From an uncultured Gammaproteobacteria bacterium (GTDB taxonomy: Bacteria; Patescibacteriota; Microgenomatia; UBA8517): DNA of 64,000 nucleotides. Below the pieces are notes generated by a model. The model was not told where the DNA came from. It saw nothing but the letters and a program-made list of their open reading frames with translations, and made no database searches. The stretch's first letter is position 1, and every line of letters begins with the position of its first letter. The position numbers and the translations under genes are program-made. Shown here one piece after another: positions 27,555 to 37,306 of the stretch. The stretch lies in NCBI GenBank assembly GCA_964600575.1, contig CAZRJH010000001.1, forward strand, positions 223,683 through 287,682, given 5' to 3'.

Positions 27555-28110
27555 AAGACTTATTTAAATTTCCAGCTGCTCGAGTTGGTCCTTTGAGACC
27601 ATCATGGTTCATCTTTATATTTTTACAGTCATGAATGCACAATATTCCTCCAAAAACAAGTTTTTTTGTCCAGTGCCTTAAGTCGGAATCAATCGCCAAG
27701 TCTGTGTGATCCCCGTCAATAAACAAAAAACCAATTTTGCGTTTGAACTTCTTTTGTGCTTCAAAAGATTTTTTGGGAATTATCTTGATTTTATTGGCTA
27801 AATTAAATCTTTTAAAAAGCTTTCGACAATAATTAAGATTTTCCTTAATGTTATTAATGTTTAAATATTTAAGATGTTCTAAAAGATAGGGTTTCGAGAT
27901 TGCATCCCTTTGGAGATTAAAAGGGTCTACGGTATAAAGCTTAGAGCTAAAATTCAAACTTGACATAGCCGACGCAATTACAACAGCGGACCCGCCGCGC
28001 CACGTACCTATCTCGACCACATCCAATTTTCTATTGGCGTTGTTTAAATATTTAACTAAGGCAAAAATTTCTCTTTGTGTAATTAATCCTTCTGGTGATG
28101 GGAATTTCAA
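27496..28110 (-). CDS. Class I SAM-dependent O-methyltransferase-like (Methyltransf_24)
   Basis: VVEIGTWRGGSA SAM motif and FIDGDH motif. Confidence 0.55.
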   Translation of the reverse strand: MKFPSPEGLITQREIFALVKYLNNANRKLDVVEIGTWRGGSAVVIASAMSSLNFSSKLYTVDPFNLQRDAISKPYLLEHLKYLNINNIKENLNYCRKLFKRFNLANKIKIIPKKSFEAQKKFKRKIGFLFIDGDHTDLAIDSDLRHWTKKLVFGGILCIHDCKNIKMNHDGLKGPTRAAGNLNKSSKWVFLGHSGTSIFFCKNY

Positions 28111-28230
28111 AATGTAAGTATCTAAAGATTTTGCGGTATCAAAAAAAATTTGTTAAATATAATGTAAAAAAAGTCGGGAAGTTCAAATATGTAGTTGCCT
28201 TTAAGTTTAAATAAAATATTTGCAACAAGT

Positions 28231-29724
28231 TTAATCATTTGAAGTAATAAATTTATAAATCTGTCTTAAGTAAGAGACGGAATAATTTTCGTTGATATTT
28301 TTAGACCACAAATGTTCAATTTTATTGAAATCGTCCGTGATCGTATGACCTTTGCTCACAAACAATTTAAAACTTGGGTCATCGGTTTCGTGATAAATCG
28401 ATGAAGATATCTCCTTGTTTATTTTTGAAACAATATTCAAATTGTCGGTAGCTAAAAAAATCACATAGGACGGATGCATTTCAGGTGTAAGACTAAGGAA
28501 ATACACTTTGTTAAATGTTTTTCTTAAAGTGTGCCCAACAGAGTTAACCAAATCGTCACTCCCGTCCGATTTGCCAATAATATGTGTAATAAATATGCCT
28601 CCAGTATTTAACTTTGACTTAACAACTGTGTTGAACTCGTGTGAATAAACATGGGCGACAGGTGATATGTTGGTTAAAAGGTCATTGTATATAATGTCAT
28701 ATTTAGTCTCCACTTTTCTCAAGTACAACCTTGCTTCTTGATTGATAAAGGAGTTTTTTTCATCATTCCATCTACCATTAACAACTTTTATCATTTCCAA
28801 AGTTTTGGGGTTAATGTCTACCAAATCATATGAGACATCGTTATCGCTCCAATAGTCTGTGTATGTGCCCAGCCCTGCTCCCAAAATAAGCATTTTGGGG
28901 TTGTCTAGCGACTTTGCAGCATAATATATGAATTTTTGATAACTAACTATTTTATTTTCTTTGTCAAAACACCCTTGCTGGTTTGAGTCGATCAAAAGAC
29001 AATATATCCCGAAGCTGTTGGTAGATATATTTATAATTTCATATTTGGCATCAAAGTTTGTGTATGAATATATTATTCTCGGATCTTTTGTTTTGTTTTG
29101 AGTTAGCACTTGGCCTGTCAAAATAACAAACACCAAAGCAACATAGCCAGGGAAAAATCGATAGTTCAAAAGTAAACCCGTTAGCACAAGAAGCATCGCA
29201 GCCAATAAAAATATGGCAGTTAGCGACAAGTGTGGGATCAACAAGTAGGAGGATATCAACGCCCCAACAAGTGACCCCAAAGTTCCCAGGGCATAGACAA
29301 CCCCAATTAATTTCTCAGTCGATTTTTTATCAAGAAACAACAATCTGGTTAAAAATGAAGTAGTAACACCCATAGAAACAAAGGCCAAAGAAAATAACAA
29401 AGAAGAAGCAACCAAAGGGGCAGAACTTAAAGAAAATTTGTCGGAAAAATTTAATATTTGATTACGTAAGCTAAACGGAAGTATTGTCATGATTGCTGAA
29501 ATTAACAAATTCATCTGTAAATGGTTAATTTCTAGATTTTTAAAAATTTTTGATCCAAGTAAATATCCAAACGAAAGAAATCCCAAAGTTACACTAATTA
29601 ATGCAGTCCAAACATATATCGTTGAGGCGTAGTAGGGAGCTATTACTCTTGATCCAACTACCTCCACAACCAAAGAAACAAGTCCGTTTAAGAAAGAGAC
29701 AAAAAGCAACAAGTTACTGTTCAT
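28231..29724 (-). CDS. Polytopic membrane protein fused to a spermidine-synthase-like (aminopropyl/methyltransferase fold) domain
   Basis: About 220 aa N-terminal multi-TM region, then MLILGAGLGTYTDYW...DLVDINPK, typical of the spermidine-synthase-like Rossmann domain. Confidence 0.5.
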   Translation of the reverse strand: MNSNLLLFVSFLNGLVSLVVEVVGSRVIAPYYASTIYVWTALISVTLGFLSFGYLLGSKIFKNLEINHLQMNLLISAIMTILPFSLRNQILNFSDKFSLSSAPLVASSLLFSLAFVSMGVTTSFLTRLLFLDKKSTEKLIGVVYALGTLGSLVGALISSYLLIPHLSLTAIFLLAAMLLVLTGLLLNYRFFPGYVALVFVILTGQVLTQNKTKDPRIIYSYTNFDAKYEIINISTNSFGIYCLLIDSNQQGCFDKENKIVSYQKFIYYAAKSLDNPKMLILGAGLGTYTDYWSDNDVSYDLVDINPKTLEMIKVVNGRWNDEKNSFINQEARLYLRKVETKYDIIYNDLLTNISPVAHVYSHEFNTVVKSKLNTGGIFITHIIGKSDGSDDLVNSVGHTLRKTFNKVYFLSLTPEMHPSYVIFLATDNLNIVSKINKEISSSIYHETDDPSFKLFVSKGHTITDDFNKIEHLWSKNINENYSVSYLRQIYKFITSND

Positions 29725-30398
29725 TTTATTTTGTAAAGCAATTTGCGGATAAATCTAAATTTGAGGTATTTAGGCAATTCTAATACTGTTGCGGATCTTG
29801 TATTACCAGAAATAGCGCTACCTACACCATGTGTGTCCATGCCTAGCTTTTTTGCTGGAATAATATCCATATTGTCAAAGTCACCGACCATAAGAATTTC
29901 TTTGGGTTTCAGGTTAGAAAACTGCAAAACACCCCTAAACATCTTAAGATTTGGCTTGAGTGTTTTTTCACTATCCGAAGAAAAGACCTTTTCAAAAAAT
30001 CTAAGTTTTCCTGGCTTCTCTACAAAACCCAAACGATCTAAAACCTTGAAGGTGTTTTCTTGAGTAGAGTTTGTCAAGACAAAGTGTCGATACTTTTTAA
30101 GTTTACTAAACAAACTCAACAACTCTGGACTACGTTTAGCAAATAAATGGCGCTTAATTTTCTTCTCCATTTCCAGAACTATATCAAGTTCGTTTTTTTT
30201 GGTAATCAAAAAAGCAGTCTTAATCCAATTGTTGTTGGCAGATACTTTTTCGAAACGCTTTTTTGCATAAACCAAACCATCGCCTGTGTATTTAGAACAG
30301 ATGGAAATTAAAACTTTTTTAATTGATGAGGCAGTTTTTTCGCTATAAAAAAGTGTCCCATCCAGATCCCATACTATAGCTTTGATTTTGGAGTTCAT
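29721..30398 (-). CDS. HAD-superfamily hydrolase
   Basis: Motif I AIVWDLDGTLF; motif IV GDFDNMD. Confidence 0.6.
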   Translation of the reverse strand: MNSKIKAIVWDLDGTLFYSEKTASSIKKVLISICSKYTGDGLVYAKKRFEKVSANNNWIKTAFLITKKNELDIVLEMEKKIKRHLFAKRSPELLSLFSKLKKYRHFVLTNSTQENTFKVLDRLGFVEKPGKLRFFEKVFSSDSEKTLKPNLKMFRGVLQFSNLKPKEILMVGDFDNMDIIPAKKLGMDTHGVGSAISGNTRSATVLELPKYLKFRFIRKLLYKIK

Positions 30399-30399
30399 T

Positions 30400-30897
30400 T
30401 TAAGTTCTTCCGTATAATTTAGGTATAAAATTTTGGAGTGATTTTCTCGTTCTTTTGGAAACGTAGTTAGACATAAGTATAGATGATGCTAGTGAATGCA
30501 GGTTCTGTAGCTTGGCATCAACAATATTTTTGTCATAAACAAAGTCTGCAATTAGACTCAAGTTACTAAATTCTTTTATATATCCAAGTTTGTAAGTCTG
30601 GAGGTAAATATCCGGTCCGGTTCTGGAGATATAGTTAAGTAAGATGTTTTTTTGTTTATTTGTCTTACGAGATAAATAAACAACTTGAATGATATTTAAT
30701 TTATAAAAAAATATTTCCAGTATATACAAAGCTTCGGATAGTATTGGAACAAAAAGAATAGGAGAGTGTCTAATTTTGATTAAGCGAAGCTTTGGATTAA
30801 CCATAGATATTTTTAGACCTGATAAAAAGATCTTCTCTGACAAAATTATATGGATTGACTTTAATGTTGGTGTTAGATGAGTGCGTATTGTATGCAT
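30400..30897 (-). CDS. Hypothetical protein
   Basis: ORF only; its 5' end overlaps the 3' end of the upstream GT2 ORF by about 100 nt in another frame. Confidence 0.25.
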   Translation of the reverse strand: MHTIRTHLTPTLKSIHIILSEKIFLSGLKISMVNPKLRLIKIRHSPILFVPILSEALYILEIFFYKLNIIQVVYLSRKTNKQKNILLNYISRTGPDIYLQTYKLGYIKEFSNLSLIADFVYDKNIVDAKLQNLHSLASSILMSNYVSKRTRKSLQNFIPKLYGRT

Positions 30898-31570
30898 ACA
30901 ACTTTCGATTTATATATTTATAATTATCACCGTACATTTTTATTAAGGGTAAATACGTACACAAGTCAAAGCAATACCTAAACCATTTTGTAGAATTTTC
31001 CATAAAATTTGTTTTAGGAATACTATTGAATGAATCAAACCTAAAAGTCATCGGGTGAAATACACGAAAAGGCTCTCTTAAAAAGTTTCCGTTCTTGATG
31101 GATGATTTTTTATATCGAGTGTTTAGTAATAGATATTTATCATCTTCAGACTTATTGATATATTCATATCCGTTCCATATAACACAACTACCATAAGTGA
31201 ACTTTAATTCATGGCCTGAGTACTCCTGTGCAAGATAAGAAAGTGCACCCTTGTCTACCAGCCAATCGTCGGCATCTACAACCACTACAACAGAGTTGCG
31301 TCTTCTAACATATTTGTGCAACATGTCGTAGGCATTAAATACGGAATACAAACGGTCTTTTCTAAAAACGCATTCGTGCTTTTTAAGTCTTTCTTTTATA
31401 TAGTTGATTTCACTTCTGCTATAATCCGAGGCGTCGTCTACATACAAAATTTTAAAATTTTGGTAGGTTTGATTAAGTACAGAGTGAACACTTTTGTCAA
31501 AATATTCAAATGAATTCCAAGATCTCATCAGTATATAAAAAAACGTTTCTGGGGAAGTTGGTTTCAACAT
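30797..31570 (-). CDS. Family 2 glycosyltransferase (GT-A fold)
   Basis: FYILMRSWNSFEYFDKSVHSVLNQTYQNFKILYVDDASD (GT2 N-terminal Rossmann with the DXD-like VDDAS). Confidence 0.6.
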   Translation of the reverse strand: MLKPTSPETFFYILMRSWNSFEYFDKSVHSVLNQTYQNFKILYVDDASDYSRSEINYIKERLKKHECVFRKDRLYSVFNAYDMLHKYVRRRNSVVVVVDADDWLVDKGALSYLAQEYSGHELKFTYGSCVIWNGYEYINKSEDDKYLLLNTRYKKSSIKNGNFLREPFRVFHPMTFRFDSFNSIPKTNFMENSTKWFRYCFDLCTYLPLIKMYGDNYKYINRKLYAYNTHSSNTNIKVNPYNFVREDLFIRSKNIYG

Positions 31571-33045
31571 ATTTTAATTTAGACGATGCTTTTTTCGCCA
31601 TTATAACACTCACGTTTTGCTTTATTGCCTTATCAACTATATTTGGCACATCACTAAAACTAGCAACAATACTACTCATGGCCACAGGGATAATCTTATA
31701 CATAAAATATCAGAATCTTTATAGAAGTTTTTTCCTTATAGCTTTATTCTCTCTACCAATTATCAATCCTGGTAAATACTACGAACAGGAGTTGTTGGGA
31801 ATATCCCAGATAACAAACATTTTGGCTTTTGACTCGGGTAGATATGTAAGTTACGGTATAAACTTAACTTCAATATTCTTATCAATTTGTTTGGTTTTGG
31901 TGTTTGCGGAATATTTCAAATCCAAAAATAAAAAGGGGGTAATAAAGCACCTAATTGAAAAAAATACATATTTAGTAATAGCTGCATTTGGCTTCCTAAT
32001 TTCAGGGTTAGGCACAAGCATTGTTTTTTCACCTTTTGTGAGTCTTTCATCTGTATGGACAATACAATACTCACAAATTTTCCTTGTAGGTTTTCTTTTT
32101 TATTTTTTTTGGAGATCTCATCCAAACAACTCTAAACTGTTTTACTCAACAATCTCAGTAATGATTATTCTCCAGACACTTATATCAATCGGTCAATTTA
32201 TTAAACAATCAACTTTGGGGCTACCGATAGAGGTTTACTTGGACAAGCAATTTTATTACGGTGCAGACGAGATAAGCAGCCTCGCAAGAGTTGTTGGCAC
32301 TTTTTATTATCCCAACGGGTATGCATTCATAGCCAACTTAATTATTTGTTTTTTGTTACCGAAAGCGTTCAAAAAAAACAGCTTATACACATTGGCTGTT
32401 TTAGCTGGATATTTATCCATTGCATTGACCCAAAGTAGGTCAAACTGGATATCGGCTTTTGCTATTTTTGTGGTTTACTACAATGTTTATCTTAAAAATT
32501 ATAAAAACATATTGAAATTTGTAAACAAAAGAGCATTTTTATACCTAACCCTAATAATTGTAGCCGCGCTGTCTTTCGTGGTTACACCAAGATTACTGAT
32601 ATCCGCCAACTTTTATAACGAAAACGGGGGGTGGGAATTAAGAAGTAAGATGTTTACTGAAGGGTGGGAGGCTTTTTACAATTCACCATGGTTTGGTTTT
32701 GGCGCAGGAACAAATGAAACAGTACTAAATTCTTATTTCCCAGATGGAGTTACTTCAGTATTTCCATTGCCTGTTCTCCTTGCCCCCCTACAGATGCTTT
32801 TGGAATTTGGCCTTATCGGTTGTTTATTTTTTATAATTCCTGCCTACATTGTGTTGCGTAGAATCTTTAACAAACTGGCAAAGGGGCTTTCTTTGGTGTC
32901 CGACAATTTGGTCTTTACATATATTTGTGCAAATGTAGTTATATTAGTTCATTACTTTTTCCAGAATCACTATGGCGCAATGGAGTTCACTTTTTTGGGT
33001 CTTGTATTAGGGTCCGGGTTGATTGCATCAGACATTGAAAGCTGA
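31510..33045 (+). CDS. Polytopic membrane protein, Wzy/O-antigen polymerase-ligase-like
   Basis: At least 10 predicted TM helices with a periplasmic loop containing LTQSRSNW; location in the glycan island. Confidence 0.4.
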   Translation: MNSKISSVYKKTFLGKLVSTYFNLDDAFFAIITLTFCFIALSTIFGTSLKLATILLMATGIILYIKYQNLYRSFFLIALFSLPIINPGKYYEQELLGISQITNILAFDSGRYVSYGINLTSIFLSICLVLVFAEYFKSKNKKGVIKHLIEKNTYLVIAAFGFLISGLGTSIVFSPFVSLSSVWTIQYSQIFLVGFLFYFFWRSHPNNSKLFYSTISVMIILQTLISIGQFIKQSTLGLPIEVYLDKQFYYGADEISSLARVVGTFYYPNGYAFIANLIICFLLPKAFKKNSLYTLAVLAGYLSIALTQSRSNWISAFAIFVVYYNVYLKNYKNILKFVNKRAFLYLTLIIVAALSFVVTPRLLISANFYNENGGWELRSKMFTEGWEAFYNSPWFGFGAGTNETVLNSYFPDGVTSVFPLPVLLAPLQMLLEFGLIGCLFFIIPAYIVLRRIFNKLAKGLSLVSDNLVFTYICANVVILVHYFFQNHYGAMEFTFLGLVLGSGLIASDIES

Positions 33046-33057
33046 TATAAAGACCGT

Positions 33058-33891
33058 ATGGAAAAATATAAAAAAATTTCAAAAAATATAACCTGGTTCG
33101 ACAAAATCGCAGTTTTGGTTTTCTTAACTATTGTTCTTGGAGTTTTTGGTTTTTTTTACAGAAAGAGCCAGTATGTTGATATAAAAATTAGGGTTACCGA
33201 CAAAGATGTATTGTACGCATGGAACAATCCCCAAAATTGGTTTGCAAACAGATTTGTAGTTGGAGACTCAGAAAAAGATTTATTAGGTAATGACATAGCA
33301 AAAATTACAAACGTTGAATCGTACAATATTGATAATTACACGAAAGCTGTATATCTAAACATTAATATAAAAGCCACTTATGACCCCAGGACGCGTCAAT
33401 ACAGTGCCAGAGGCAAAAAACTGTCTTTTGGGACACCTGTGAAATTTAGTATGAATGGAGTTTCTTTCGACGGCCTGGTAGTAGACCCTCCACATTCTAG
33501 TCAGGACACAAACACATCCTTTGTAATCTCAGAGGTGTTTATCAGGGGAATACAAAGCGACTCCGCAGGAAAAACTTTTGTTGAACCCGAAGTCTTATCC
33601 CAAATAAAACAAGGGGACGTTATAGAAAGCAGTAGTGGAGTAAAATTTGCAGAAGTCTTGAATGTTAAATTAACAAGCGCTGAACATGTGACTCAAGATT
33701 CAAACGGTCGTTTATATCTCAGGTATGATCCTCTGTACAAAGACGCACGGGTTTTAGTCAGATTCAAAGTTAAGTCAGTAGGAAATGAAAAATATATTTT
33801 TAACGACTACCCTTTAAGAATAGGTAGTAAACCCGCATTAACATTTAAAGACAAGTTTATTGTGGGGGAAATAGTTAAAATCAATAACTAG
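33058..33891 (+). CDS. Membrane-anchored hypothetical protein
   Basis: Single N-terminal TM then a soluble domain; no recognisable motif. Confidence 0.3.
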   Translation: MEKYKKISKNITWFDKIAVLVFLTIVLGVFGFFYRKSQYVDIKIRVTDKDVLYAWNNPQNWFANRFVVGDSEKDLLGNDIAKITNVESYNIDNYTKAVYLNINIKATYDPRTRQYSARGKKLSFGTPVKFSMNGVSFDGLVVDPPHSSQDTNTSFVISEVFIRGIQSDSAGKTFVEPEVLSQIKQGDVIESSSGVKFAEVLNVKLTSAEHVTQDSNGRLYLRYDPLYKDARVLVRFKVKSVGNEKYIFNDYPLRIGSKPALTFKDKFIVGEIVKINN

Positions 33892-34963
33892 ACTTATATA
33901 CTTGTCGGTAAATTTCTAGAGTATGTCTAGCGCAATCTCTCCAGGAAAATTTTTTAGAATTTTCCTTACCCTTGACTCCAAGGGCTCGACCCTTTTTTCT
34001 ATCTTTTATAAGAAGTTGCATTGCAGACTTGATCTGCAAAACTGAGTAGGGATCGACCAGAATTGAAGCACCCCTAGACACCTCTGAACAAGCTCCAAAG
34101 TTAGATGTTATAACAGGCGTACCTCGTGCCATGGCCTCCACGATTGGTAGGCCAAAACCTTCGTATATCGAGGGATATACTAATGCTATAGACTTGTCGT
34201 ACAAATCAACCAATCCCATATCATTTAGTCTTGAATAAACCAGTACTCGTTTCTCCAAACCATATTCCTTGATTAACTTGGTTATTCTTTTTTTGTTATC
34301 TTTCCTGGAAATAACAATCGCCAGTTTTATACTTTTGACAGCATTGGGTAGTTGAGCATAAGCTTGAAAGATTCTCCTTGTGTTCTTGCGTTCGTTAAAA
34401 TCAGCAAATGCCAAAAACAAATTCCGCTCGGAGCTGGTCTGCCTTTTATTTTTTAAAAAAACATCATCAACCCCCTCCAACACAACATCCACCTGTTTGT
34501 TTTTTGCACTCAACTCTTTTTTCATAGCCAAAGTCGGCACAATCAACCTTTTGGAATTGTTTGTCGTAAAAAAAGATGTAACCTCGCTTACTATACGGTT
34601 TAAAATAAATTTGCCAGCTATCGGATACGTATATCCCAACTTAACATCATGAACTGTGCTAATTACGGGGATTTTATTTAAAAAAATATCTCCAAATGGG
34701 GTCAAAAAATGGAAAAGATCCAATTGTTTTTTCATTGCGAAAAAACTTAAAAAAAATTGCCTGTTTAAAAAGGGTGCCACCTTGGGGGTCAAAACCAGTT
34801 TAAAGTTTTTTTGATTTGGTATGGAAATCTTGGTGTTACTAAAAAGCAAATACTCATTTTTTTTATCCAAGCGAGCTAAATTTTTAATCAAGTTTCTGGA
34901 ATACCTTCTGTTTCCGCACTCAAAAGGAATGGCCATACTAGAAGCATCGATTCCTATTTTCAT
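33881..34963 (-). CDS. GT4-family (GT-B) glycosyltransferase
   Basis: EGFGLPIVEAMARGTPVITSN (E-X7-E motif region of retaining GT4). Confidence 0.75.
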   Translation of the reverse strand: MKIGIDASSMAIPFECGNRRYSRNLIKNLARLDKKNEYLLFSNTKISIPNQKNFKLVLTPKVAPFLNRQFFLSFFAMKKQLDLFHFLTPFGDIFLNKIPVISTVHDVKLGYTYPIAGKFILNRIVSEVTSFFTTNNSKRLIVPTLAMKKELSAKNKQVDVVLEGVDDVFLKNKRQTSSERNLFLAFADFNERKNTRRIFQAYAQLPNAVKSIKLAIVISRKDNKKRITKLIKEYGLEKRVLVYSRLNDMGLVDLYDKSIALVYPSIYEGFGLPIVEAMARGTPVITSNFGACSEVSRGASILVDPYSVLQIKSAMQLLIKDRKKGRALGVKGKENSKKFSWRDCARHTLEIYRQVYKSSY

Positions 34964-34986
34964 TTAAGTAAATTGATTCTACAATC

Positions 34987-36231
34987 TTGTCGCGATATTC
35001 CAACACCCAAATGAAAATATTATTGGTAAACAATATGCACTCGGAGTCGGGCGGCACTGAAACATATTATTTTAATATCTCAAAACTACTGAAGAGTCAT
35101 AATCATCAAATTGGTTTTTTTTCTACATTTGATAAAAAAAATAAAAAGACAAAAGACTATATTAAAACTGTCAAATACCCAGAGTTAAACAACATAAACT
35201 CAAAGAATTGGTTAAATATATTCCTAAATTCTCTTTATTCAGTTAGGAACAAATTTGAATTTTCAAACACACTGGATGAATTTAAACCGGACATAATTCA
35301 TTTTCAAAATATTTATATGGCAATATCTCCCTCCATCCTCCATGAAGCTAAAAAACGAAACATACCTTCGGTTATGACAGTTCATGATTACAATTTGATT
35401 ACACCAAACAATATTTTTTTTCATAATGGAGCGGTTTGCTGGGTGCCTTTGCAAAAGGGTTATCTACACATTATTTTCCACAAATGTGTACGAGGGTCTT
35501 TTTTTGGAACTTTTCTAATCACAACCATCCTAAAAATTCACCGTGTCTCAAAAATATATCAAAAAAATATTGATTTTTTTATTTTCCCTTCAACTTTTTC
35601 AAAACACCTTTTTGAGAAATCCGGACTAAAAACATTAGACAATCTGGTATTAAACAATTTTGCTTTTAAAACCAAATACAAAAAAGGTAACCCCGGAAAA
35701 TATGTTTTATATTTTGGACAAATTGCCGAGCATAAAGGAGTGGAAAGCATACTTGAGGCCGCTTTTCGACTTCCACAGATAAATTTTGTAGTAGTAGGCG
35801 AGGGGCCCCTGACGGAAAAAATAAAGGATGCCGTAAAGAGAATGCATTTGATCAATGTAAAGGCATTCAAATTTAGGACCAAAAAAGACTTAGCAAAAAT
35901 TATAAGAATGTCCATGTTTACAGTGGTACCTTCGATATGGCCGGAAAATCAACCTTATTCAATTATCGAATCATTTTCGTTTGGAAAACCAGTCGTAGCT
36001 TCTAACATCGGAGGAATCAATGAAATAGTGAACAATACAAACGGAATATTGGTAACACCAAACAACATTGAAGAGCTAACACATGCCATTCAACGTTTAT
36101 GGTTAGACAAAAATCTAAGAGGACAGTTGGGAGAAAAAGCAAAAAAAGATTTTCTATTAAAATATTCGGATACTCTTCATTACACAAGATTAATGTCAGT
36201 CTATAAAAAATTAATAAATGAAAAGAAATAA
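34987..36231 (+). CDS. GT4-family glycosyltransferase
   Basis: ENQPYSIIESFSFGKPVVASNIGGINEIV. Confidence 0.75.
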   Translation: MSRYSNTQMKILLVNNMHSESGGTETYYFNISKLLKSHNHQIGFFSTFDKKNKKTKDYIKTVKYPELNNINSKNWLNIFLNSLYSVRNKFEFSNTLDEFKPDIIHFQNIYMAISPSILHEAKKRNIPSVMTVHDYNLITPNNIFFHNGAVCWVPLQKGYLHIIFHKCVRGSFFGTFLITTILKIHRVSKIYQKNIDFFIFPSTFSKHLFEKSGLKTLDNLVLNNFAFKTKYKKGNPGKYVLYFGQIAEHKGVESILEAAFRLPQINFVVVGEGPLTEKIKDAVKRMHLINVKAFKFRTKKDLAKIIRMSMFTVVPSIWPENQPYSIIESFSFGKPVVASNIGGINEIVNNTNGILVTPNNIEELTHAIQRLWLDKNLRGQLGEKAKKDFLLKYSDTLHYTRLMSVYKKLINEKK

Positions 36232-37306
36232 GATTGCAGTTATTCATGACATTTTAATCGACTATGGAGGAGCCGAACGAGCTTTGGAGTCTTTTTTAAG
36301 AGATTTCAAAAATTGCGATCTTTATACTTTTTATTTTGATTCAAAAAGTAAGACTATGAGAAGAGTAGTTGGCAAAATAAGGGTGCGAAGTTCACTTTTT
36401 CAATTCGTTCCAATAAAACATTTGGGTAGATTTGTCTCTTTTTTGAAACCCTTTGCCTGGCTATATTTTTATTTACTTAGAATTCCCGATTATCAAACAA
36501 TTGTTTCTTTCTCAAGCTCCTACAATGCCAAACTTGTAAGAAAACGGGGTGCGCAACGTCATGTTTCTTATATTTTTACACCTCCAAAATATCTTTACAA
36601 AGAAACTAACGATCTTGTATTTATAAAAAAATTTCCATTTAACTTGATACTGAAACCAATTTTTGCAGTTCTTCGTTTAATTGATAAAAACTCTGTTCAA
36701 AATATCGACTTATTGATAGCAATATCCAACACTGTAAAAAGGCGTATTAAAAAGTACTACGACCGAAATTCGGACATTATATATCCGCCAGTAAATATTC
36801 AAAAACCGACATACAAAATCAAGAAAGGGAACCACTATCTGTTTTTATCCAGACTCGTAAAACAAAAGGGGTTAGATTTAATAACAGAACTTGCGAGTAA
36901 ATACGACATCAAAATCAAAATAGCCGGCGCCGGTTACATGCAAAAAAAATTGCCTTTTAATAAAAACATAGAATATTTGGGTTTTGTGCCCGAAAACGAA
37001 ATTTCAGACACCTATGCAAAGGCCAGAGCAACAATATACTGCGCCAAAGACGAAGACTTTGGCCTCGTGCCAGTCGAAAGTATGTATTGCGGAACACCGG
37101 TCGTCGCCTTTAAAAGCGGGGGGGTAGAGGAAACAGTAGTAAATAAAAAAAGCGGTATTTTTTTTGAAAGCTTTAGCGTCATTTCACTCTACAAAGCAAT
37201 TAAAAAACTTGAGAGAATAAACTTTAGAAGCAATTCTGTTAAACGTTATGCCGAAAAGTACAAAAACAAATATTTTCTCCGGAAGTTTAAAAAAGTACTT
37301 GGGTAG
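36218..37306 (+). CDS. GT4-family glycosyltransferase
   Basis: EDFGLVPVESMYCGTPVVAFKSGGVEETV. Confidence 0.75.
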   Translation: MKRNKIAVIHDILIDYGGAERALESFLRDFKNCDLYTFYFDSKSKTMRRVVGKIRVRSSLFQFVPIKHLGRFVSFLKPFAWLYFYLLRIPDYQTIVSFSSSYNAKLVRKRGAQRHVSYIFTPPKYLYKETNDLVFIKKFPFNLILKPIFAVLRLIDKNSVQNIDLLIAISNTVKRRIKKYYDRNSDIIYPPVNIQKPTYKIKKGNHYLFLSRLVKQKGLDLITELASKYDIKIKIAGAGYMQKKLPFNKNIEYLGFVPENEISDTYAKARATIYCAKDEDFGLVPVESMYCGTPVVAFKSGGVEETVVNKKSGIFFESFSVISLYKAIKKLERINFRSNSVKRYAEKYKNKYFLRKFKKVLG

